A stretch of 64,000 nucleotides of DNA, from positions 5,856,001-5,920,000 of the forward strand of contig CP170459.1 of the NCBI GenBank assembly GCA_047947115.1, written 5' to 3'. The translations under genes were made by a program, and so were the position numbers. This document shows positions 57,295-64,000 of this stretch, piece after piece (position 1 is the stretch's first letter; every line of letters starts with the position of its first letter). The notes under the pieces were generated by a model, which ran no database searches, had not been told where the DNA came from, and saw only the letters and a list, made by a program, of their open reading frames with translations. This DNA is from Verrucomicrobiota bacterium. Lineage in GTDB: Bacteria; Verrucomicrobiota; Verrucomicrobiia; Limisphaerales; AAA164-E04.

Positions 57295-59934
57295 TCAAAC
57301 CAGTTCCTGCCCCCCGCCGTCGGCACCTCCGCCATCGAGGTCGATGAGGATTTCGCGTGGTTCGGCCCCCTTGCCCGGCCCGACGATGCCGCGGCGTTCA
57401 AGTTCATCCATGATGCGTGCCGCCCGGGTGTAACCCAACCGCAATCGGCGTTGCATCAAAGAGACGCTGGCGCGTTGCTCGGATCGAATGACGTCGATGC
57501 ATTTTTCGATAAGTTCCTCATCTTCGTTACATTCGCTTTCTTCGGATGAAACTGTCTGTTTACTGAGTTTCTCATGGATTTCCATTTCGTAGTTGGGTTT
57601 GCCCTGAACGGCGATGTGGTCCACTACTTTCTGGATTTCCTGATCAGTGATGAGTACCCCTTGGGCACGGATGAGTTTCGCTGATCCGGGTGGCAGGTAG
57701 AGCATATCACCCTTACCTAGCAACTTGTCCGCTCCCATGGAATCCAGAATCGTACGAGAATCGATCTTGGATGCCACCTGAAAGGCGATGCGCGCAGGAA
57801 TATTTGCCTTAATGACACCAGTGATGACATCAACACTGGGACGTTGAGTTGCCACGATACAGTGAATTCCAGCGGCCCGGGCCATTTGAGTGATGCGGGC
57901 GATGGCCATTTCCACGTCAGCAGGAGCCACCAGCATCAGATCCGCCAGCTCATCAATCACCACCACGATGTAACTCAGCTTCTCGGGAATCACGATGTCC
58001 TCTTCGCGTGGTACCGCGATTTCCTCGTCGATTTCCACCGCAAATCCTTCGACATTGCCATCCTCACCGACAGGTTGATTCAAAGGCAATTCCTGCTGTT
58101 CTTTCTTCGGTTCGTCTTTGGGACGGCTATTGAAGCTGGCAATATTGCGCACACCCACTTTTGCAAAGATTTGATAGCGTTTTTCCATCTCGGAAACCAC
58201 CCATCGCAAGGCCAACACCACCTTTTTCGGGTCGGTCACCACCGGCACCACAAGATGGGGCAGGACATTGTATTGCTGCAATTCGACCACTTTGGGATCG
58301 ATCATCACCAGGCGAAGTTCCTCGGGTGAAAACCGGTAAAGCAGGGAAGCAATGATGGCATTGATGCACACTGATTTCCCTGAACCCGTGGAACCAGCAA
58401 TCAGCAAGTGAGGCATATCGGCAAGATCAGCCACAATGGGCTTGCCATAAACATCCTTGCCCAGCACCACTGGAATTCGAGCCTTGGAGTGATCCCATTC
58501 GTCCGATTCCAGCAGGTCACGCATGATGACCTTGGTTTTGACCGCATTGGGCACTTCCACCCCCACCGAACTTTTACCCGGAATGGGAGCAAGGATGTTG
58601 ATGCGCTCCGCCTTGAGGGCTGCGGTGATGTTGTTACTGAGATTGGCGATCTTCTCCAGCTTGATTCCTGGAGCCGGGTGCAATTCGTAACGGGTAATCG
58701 TGGGACCTTTGGTGATGTCTCCCAATGAAACTTCGATTCCGAATTGCCCGAGCGTATTCTGCATCAAACGTGCATTGGCGACCAGTTCTTCCTTTGAATC
58801 GGTAGGCTTCAGGTTTTTATCCGGTTCATTGAGGAATTTAACTGTGGGCAAATGATAATCTCCGATCACCGGAGGAACGGCAACGCGGATGGGCTGCTTC
58901 TTCTTGGACGGACGCCGGTAGGGCTGTGAAACGGCCTTGGGAGCGGAAGGCGGGTTGGACGGATTATCCTGATCGTCGGAACTGGATGCGGGAATCTCCT
59001 CTCCAATTCCTTCATCCTCCACGGTGCTCGATTTGCCCAGAATGTCCTCGGTGGTTGCACCTTTGACCTCGCCGGCATGTATCACATCCCCCACATGCAT
59101 CAGGGCGGGGTCTTTATCCTTTTCTTTGGATTTCTTGCCACGTTTAGCCGGCATTTCATTCCCGTTGGAAATACTCAAGTCACGAACGGTTGGCTCAGGA
59201 ACGGGCAATCCGTCCACACCCAAACCAGATTTGGCGGCTTCTTCCTGCAGTTCCCTGGCTTGCTTAGCCAGCGCCCGGGCTTTGCGATGCAGGGTACGCT
59301 CTTCCACGGAAATATCGGGATCCAAACGATCCCGCCTGTCCTTGTAGCGTTCCCACAACTCATGCAACCAAGCACTAACATCAAAGTTGGTAATCGCCAC
59401 CAAGCTGACCAGATAAAAGGTAAAGTAGATGATGATCGCCCCGGTGCGATTGAAGAAAAACACGATCATTTTGTCGTTCAGGATTTGACCGATCAAGCCC
59501 CCGGCCGAATGGGATCCAATGGTCTGCGTCAGTTTCCCCAGCGATGCATCAAAGAGATCCAGCATGCCCATGCAGGAGATGATCAGTCCAGTCGCGGCTG
59601 ATCGAGCGCGCCAGGAGTGCATCAGATACATGAGGATCGGAACAAAATGAGCAAGGCCAAAGCCCAGCAACAACACAGGGATCAGGAACGCGGCGGCTCC
59701 GAACACAAAGAACAGACCGTAACCCATGTGCGCACCAAATCGCCCGATCCAATTCTCAGGAATCGGATTGGGCGGAGCAGCGTGCTGCGGCAAGTCAGCG
59801 GGTTCGTAGGAAATCAGGGCAACCAGAAGCAACAATCCCAAACTGATGAACAGCAGGCCCAGAACATCTCCCCAACCGCGGTGACTTGTCTGCTGCTTAC
59901 TCGATCTCTTATTCGCAGACTTTTTGCGAGGCAT
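57295..59934 (-). CDS. ftsK: DNA translocase FtsK
   Basis: N-terminal TMs, AGSTGSGKS, IDELADLM, ATQRPS, gamma domain QRRLRLGYTRAAR. Confidence 0.97.
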   Translation of the reverse strand: MPRKKSANKRSSKQQTSHRGWGDVLGLLFISLGLLLLVALISYEPADLPQHAAPPNPIPENWIGRFGAHMGYGLFFVFGAAAFLIPVLLLGFGLAHFVPILMYLMHSWRARSAATGLIISCMGMLDLFDASLGKLTQTIGSHSAGGLIGQILNDKMIVFFFNRTGAIIIYFTFYLVSLVAITNFDVSAWLHELWERYKDRRDRLDPDISVEERTLHRKARALAKQARELQEEAAKSGLGVDGLPVPEPTVRDLSISNGNEMPAKRGKKSKEKDKDPALMHVGDVIHAGEVKGATTEDILGKSSTVEDEGIGEEIPASSSDDQDNPSNPPSAPKAVSQPYRRPSKKKQPIRVAVPPVIGDYHLPTVKFLNEPDKNLKPTDSKEELVANARLMQNTLGQFGIEVSLGDITKGPTITRYELHPAPGIKLEKIANLSNNITAALKAERINILAPIPGKSSVGVEVPNAVKTKVIMRDLLESDEWDHSKARIPVVLGKDVYGKPIVADLADMPHLLIAGSTGSGKSVCINAIIASLLYRFSPEELRLVMIDPKVVELQQYNVLPHLVVPVVTDPKKVVLALRWVVSEMEKRYQIFAKVGVRNIASFNSRPKDEPKKEQQELPLNQPVGEDGNVEGFAVEIDEEIAVPREEDIVIPEKLSYIVVVIDELADLMLVAPADVEMAIARITQMARAAGIHCIVATQRPSVDVITGVIKANIPARIAFQVASKIDSRTILDSMGADKLLGKGDMLYLPPGSAKLIRAQGVLITDQEIQKVVDHIAVQGKPNYEMEIHEKLSKQTVSSEESECNEDEELIEKCIDVIRSEQRASVSLMQRRLRLGYTRAARIMDELERRGIVGPGKGAEPREILIDLDGGGADGGGQELV

Positions 59935-60042
59935 GGCGGGAGCCTAATCAAGGCTCGAGGATTGAACAAATGAAATTTAGATCGAATTCGGAACGTGACT
60001 TGATCGTCGATGTATGACAGAACGAAATTAGCGCTGATTGCT

Positions 60043-60621
60043 ATGAAACGATTGCTACAATACCTTTTGGCCGCTTGGATGGTTTGCAGTTTGACCACTC
60101 GACTGGATGCCGCGGATGCTGATCAGGCGGTCATCGAAACCACGCTGGGAACTGTCACCATTGAATTCTGGAGCGATGTAGCCCCCAAATCCGTGGCGAA
60201 TTTCAAACAACTGGCGAAAGAAGGATTTTATAACGGCACCGTCTTTCACCGCATCATCCATGGCTTCCTTGCTCAAGCCGGGGACCCGCTCACCAAGGAC
60301 CCATCCAAGGAAAATCAGTGGGGAAAAGGTGGCCCAGACGTTGCCATAGACGCTGAATTCAACGGTCGCGCCCATCAGTTCGGGGTAATATCCATGGCTC
60401 CGTATAAAGCACCAAACAAATCGGGAAGCCAGTTTTTCTTTTGCCTGGGAAACGCCCCTCAACTCGACGGCAAATGCTCACCTTTCGGTAAAGTCGTTTC
60501 AGGACAAGACGTGTTAAAGAAACTCGGCGAAGTGGCAGTAAAAGCCGCTGCCAACGGTGAACGAAGCAAACCGGGAGAACGAATAGAAATAAAAAGCATC
60601 AAAATCCAGCCTGCTGAATGA
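60043..60621 (+). CDS. Cyclophilin-type peptidyl-prolyl isomerase, exported
   Basis: Signal peptide; APKSVANF, FHRII.GF..Q.GDP, SGSQFF, FGKV. Confidence 0.9.
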   Translation: MKRLLQYLLAAWMVCSLTTRLDAADADQAVIETTLGTVTIEFWSDVAPKSVANFKQLAKEGFYNGTVFHRIIHGFLAQAGDPLTKDPSKENQWGKGGPDVAIDAEFNGRAHQFGVISMAPYKAPNKSGSQFFFCLGNAPQLDGKCSPFGKVVSGQDVLKKLGEVAVKAAANGERSKPGERIEIKSIKIQPAE

Positions 60622-60681
60622 ATCAAGGAAACCCCACCTCCGATCTTGCTTTAGAAAAGTAAAAATATAGGATTGCCTCCG

Positions 60682-61158
60682 ATGAATTCGCCTGATGAAC
60701 TAGAAGATAGACTCAAGGGCATACTCGAGGCAGGACGCCAATATTTCAATATGGAGGCGGCGATCGTCAGCAACGTAGCCGGAGAAAGCTATAAAATCGT
60801 TATTGGAATCACTCGATTGCCGTTCTTCAAGACCGGCGATGTTTTTCGACTTTCAGAAACTTACTGTCGTGAAGTAATCCGCACGCGATCTACCATTTAC
60901 TATAATCAGGTCGGATTAATTGGCACCATGAGACTTCATCCGGCCTATCGCTCACTTCATTTGGAATCCTACATTGGCACGCCCCTTACAATGGATGGTC
61001 AACTTTGGGGGACACTCAACTTTTCTTCAATTGAAGCGAAAGAGATACGCTTTACCGATAAAGACATTGATTTCATTGAGACTTTAGCCATTAAAACTTC
61101 CAAAATCCTCAAAGATTTAAATCAAGACTCGTTCACAAGACCGGGAACACCGAACTAA
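60682..61158 (+). CDS. Stand-alone GAF domain protein
   Basis: ETYC, HPAY, LESYIGTPL, WGTLNFSS. Confidence 0.82.
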   Translation: MNSPDELEDRLKGILEAGRQYFNMEAAIVSNVAGESYKIVIGITRLPFFKTGDVFRLSETYCREVIRTRSTIYYNQVGLIGTMRLHPAYRSLHLESYIGTPLTMDGQLWGTLNFSSIEAKEIRFTDKDIDFIETLAIKTSKILKDLNQDSFTRPGTPN

Positions 61159-61340
61159 TCCAGAAGGGGAGCAAACCAACCTAGAACGCCATTATAGGGG
61201 CAAGTTCCTGCTTGAGCCCTCTTAAAGTCCCCAGAGCATTGAAGCTGTTTCCACGCCGCAATTGGCAAAAATTTGTACTACTGCATCCAGAAGCCACTGA
61301 GTAAATCAGACCCAAGGAACAAAAGGCGCGTTGCCAAAGG

Positions 61341-61817
61341 TCACCAAAGGAAACTGGTCTGAGTATCCAAAACCTCTTCCCCGCGCAAGAGCGTCACGCG
61401 CCAGGCAATCATTTGAGCCTCTGGATCATAAACTTTCTTGTCGAGAGTAACTCTCGTCCAAGTCCGTTTTCCCCATCTGGGTTTCTTCAGCGGAGCTGTC
61501 GCTTTGATGGTCTCTATGGAATCACCTTTCCCAAACCTCGCCTCCACACGAACTTCCACGTCCTTGCCATCAATTTCACGCAGACGCAAGTGAACATCAA
61601 AGCGCATGGTCGAGACTTCATCGGGATGGTCTTTCAAATAAGCCTGATAGGCATCCCGCTCGAACAAGCTGGGCGAAACCGCATGCAACCCATTGATATC
61701 CAACCGATAAGGTAACACTTTCAACACGCTGACAGGCGCTGCCTGCTCTTCTGCAGAAAGGAATAAACACCCCGTCGCAATCAACCAAAGGCAGCATGTC
61801 TGTAGAAATCTCACCAC
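61341..61817 (-). CDS. Secreted hypothetical protein
   Basis: Signal peptide, SPSLFERDAYQ, AWRVTL, C-terminal SFLW. Confidence 0.7.
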   Translation of the reverse strand: MVRFLQTCCLWLIATGCLFLSAEEQAAPVSVLKVLPYRLDINGLHAVSPSLFERDAYQAYLKDHPDEVSTMRFDVHLRLREIDGKDVEVRVEARFGKGDSIETIKATAPLKKPRWGKRTWTRVTLDKKVYDPEAQMIAWRVTLLRGEEVLDTQTSFLW

Positions 61818-61896
61818 GCAACACTATCGAAATCCAATGTGGATGACAACTTCGAATCCGCTGCGTTTTTTTTCAACTTCCGGTCTCAGGTAAAAT

Positions 61897-61925
61897 TTGA
61901 TTTCAGCATTGAACGCGATTAGAGT
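61897..61925 (+). promoter_or_regulatory. Sigma70-like promoter
   Basis: TTGATT-N17-TAGAGT upstream of a structured leader and small ORF. Confidence 0.5.
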
Positions 61926-62026
61926 GATCACTGTCACATAATCGTGACATCCGCCATGGGCCACGCGTTGCGTGAAGCCCGGAAACGGCGGATAAAAGAT
62001 GTTTAACCAAAGATATACAATAAGTT

Positions 62027-62191
62027 ATGGTAAAACCTGACTCTCATCTGTCTGAACTGGTTCACAATAATAAACATCCATTCCGACAAGTCGAAAACAG
62101 ACCGGACAAACCCCATAAACACCGTTACGAACGCAGGAAAGTAAGAGAAATCATGCGAATGAACGAATGGGAAGACGACACGTCGACGTAA
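62027..62191 (+). CDS. 54-aa His/Arg/Lys-rich small protein (not in ORF track)
   Basis: MVKPDSHLSELVHNNKHPFRQVENRPDKPHKHRYERRKVREIMRMNEWEDDTST; lies between a promoter and a terminator. Confidence 0.7.
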   Translation: MVKPDSHLSELVHNNKHPFRQVENRPDKPHKHRYERRKVREIMRMNEWEDDTST

Positions 62192-62208
62192 ACGTTTCCA
62201 TCAAGACC

Positions 62209-62238
62209 AAAAAGGCCGCCATCCAGGCGGCCTTTTTT
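62209..62238. terminator. Bidirectional intrinsic terminator
   Basis: A5-GGCCGCC-atcca-GGCGGCC-T6. Confidence 0.9.
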
Positions 62239-62268
62239 GTGATGCACATTTCAAGGTTGCCCAACCGA

Positions 62269-63210
62269 TTAGTGGTCATGGTCATGGTCATGAACCTCTT
62301 CGGTATCACTTCCATGATGATGATCATGGCCGCTGTTTTCGAATTTCCCAATCACAACCGCAAAAAGCAGACCAACAGCCAAAGCTGCGGTCAATTTGAT
62401 GCGATCATGCTTGTGAAACTGCAATTCAGGCAAAAGATCAATCGAAGCAATACACAGGAAGGTCCCTGCGGCAAAGGCCAGGGCGTTACCCAGCACCTGA
62501 TGATTACCGCCTGAAATCCAATGAAAGCCAGTCAAGAAAAGAGCCACCCCAAGGGGAATGATCAGAGCAAAGATGGCATTGACCAAGTGCCGTTGCTTAC
62601 GCGACCAGCCTCCGGAGGACATCAAGGTCCCAATCGTCCAGGCATCAAAGGGTTTATGCAGGACGATCACCAAAAAAGTTCCAAACCCAGCCCAATAGAC
62701 TGCCCCGTCAGCGTGCTGCATATCCGTCTGAATACTGGCGGCAAGCACCATGCCATTGATTAACGTGTGTAGAGCCAAACCCAACCCAGCCCCCAGCCAG
62801 GACCAACGTTTCCCGATTTGCTTTTCCAGAAACGCCTCGCCGACAGGTTCGCCGTGATGATGATGCCCGTCACATGCGTGATCAGATGCGTCGACAGCGT
62901 GTTTCTTGGTTTTGGCATCGGTATCCATCGGCAGATCATGCATGTGATGATGAAAAAACCGCTGGATCAGGAATGTGAACAAAAAACCGACCAACAACCA
63001 CTGCATGGCACGGTCAATGGAGCCGATCTCAAAGAATGCGTGGGGCAACAAATGGAGCAGTCCCACACCCAGCATGAGTCCGGAAATAAAGCTGGAAGCG
63101 ATCTCCAGACGGGTATGGGTCAGGCGAACCATCAATGGAATCCAACCACCAGCCAGCGAAGCAAGCAGGATAAAGACGCAATAAGTTACTAGTATACCAG
63201 TGGTTGTCAT
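62269..63210 (-). CDS. ZIP family divalent metal (Zn) transporter
   Basis: LHLLPHA, His-rich loop, LHTLING, LHKPFD, DLLPE, His-rich tail. Confidence 0.9.
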   Translation of the reverse strand: MTTTGILVTYCVFILLASLAGGWIPLMVRLTHTRLEIASSFISGLMLGVGLLHLLPHAFFEIGSIDRAMQWLLVGFLFTFLIQRFFHHHMHDLPMDTDAKTKKHAVDASDHACDGHHHHGEPVGEAFLEKQIGKRWSWLGAGLGLALHTLINGMVLAASIQTDMQHADGAVYWAGFGTFLVIVLHKPFDAWTIGTLMSSGGWSRKQRHLVNAIFALIIPLGVALFLTGFHWISGGNHQVLGNALAFAAGTFLCIASIDLLPELQFHKHDRIKLTAALAVGLLFAVVIGKFENSGHDHHHGSDTEEVHDHDHDH

Positions 63211-63384
63211 GACGCTTGGGTTTGTAGATGAAAAGGGTGTGAGAAAGCAATACCTGACTCACACCCGAAATTTAATCCATTATCAGGCCGGCACCTTCAC
63301 CTGTGAGGCTCAGAAACAGCCGAATATTTCCGATGAAACCAATATTTTCCGTAATCCGCAAAAGGTTAACTCGGAAAAGTGGTA

Positions 63385-64000
63385 TTATTTCAATAGATGC
63401 GATTCAGGTTTCACCCCTTTGACAAATCCATTAAAGCCAAACGGTGTGGGATTGAATTCCCCCACAAGTTCGACATCGCTTTCTTCCGGAATGGAATGCT
63501 CCATCCCCAGCCCCCAGTAACAAGCGTTGACCAGCAGCCGTCTCAGTCCGGAGCTTTCCAGATCGGTAGCTGCTCCCATGGTAGTACAAAAGATACGATT
63601 GGATTTTCCATTGTCTCGCGTATGTTCGCGCACCCAAGCCACCGGCATCAGCGGTTTTTCATAGTTCGGCAGGGAGTCGGGCTTCATGCCACTCAGGGTC
63701 AATCCATGCACCAAAACGGAAATATCGCTGGGCAAATGGGCAACTCCATAAACATCTGTAGGGCCCCATATATCCCTTACTCCTTTGAGGATCGGATGCT
63801 CCATGTGACGTCCTTCAATGACCCCTCGCGTACTTTCCACTCCATGGTGCCCATGGTGATTCACCCATGTATCCCCCAGCACCTGTTGCCCGAATCCACC
63901 GGGCCAATCGCTGCTCTGCCAGTGATAATGAGCATATTTGCTGTCCTTGTTGCGTGAGTATGAGAAAGCATGAGTCGATGTCCTTAACCCGATAATCGGT
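63385..64000 (-). CDS. ThuA-like domain protein, 5' end outside window
   Basis: Frame open to window end: PIIGLRTSTHAF...LGDTWVNHHGHH, HPILKGV, PVAW.R, FCTTMGAA.D. Confidence 0.8.
   Translation of the reverse strand, partial: PIIGLRTSTHAFSYSRNKDSKYAHYHWQSSDWPGGFGQQVLGDTWVNHHGHHGVESTRGVIEGRHMEHPILKGVRDIWGPTDVYGVAHLPSDISVLVHGLTLSGMKPDSLPNYEKPLMPVAWVREHTRDNGKSNRIFCTTMGAATDLESSGLRRLLVNACYWGLGMEHSIPEESDVELVGEFNPTPFGFNGFVKGVKPESHLLK

Noticed and set aside
62009..62036. dif/cer-like site (TACAA-taag-TTATGGTAAAA), tempting because xerC and ftsK are in the window
   Set aside because: The spacer is 4 bp rather than 6-8, the XerC arm is poor, and the sequence overlaps the small ORF start.

Overview
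A 64 kb bacterial chromosomal segment. Gene content points to a Verrucomicrobiota (PVC superphylum) polysaccharide degrader; this is an inference from PVC-type dehydrogenases, ThuA/DUF1080 proteins, A|FTLVE pilin and extended ECF sigma factors. Housekeeping genes include topB-xerC, rpmI-rplT-pheS-pheT, ftsK, rdgB, a cyclophilin, an M32 carboxypeptidase and a ZIP transporter. Carbohydrate genes include a PL11 rhamnogalacturonan lyase, galK, a PL1 pectate lyase with a large beta-helix partner, Gfo/Idh/MocA oxidoreductases, and an epimerase-DUF1080-ThuA-ThuA-dehydrogenase operon. A ccoG-fixH-DsbD_2 module sits with a Cys-rich PocR-AraC regulator, a radical SAM gene and a USP. The 28.7-45.2 kb region is repeat-rich and decaying. 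It holds a GTAG REP-doublet (REPIN-like) family framed by heptamer inverted arrays, one expanded unit of which (perfect 26-bp IRs, 31661-35318) encloses an aspartyl protease, a tail-to-tail sigma/oxidoreductase deletion fusion and an intact IS481 element. I found two small ORFs below the ORF-track cutoff: a 22-aa peptide at 16454 and a 54-aa protein at 62027 behind a structured leader. Several genes carry single in-frame stops or frameshifts. I recognised no rRNA, tRNA or CRISPR array. All family calls are from motif recognition by eye, not database searches.
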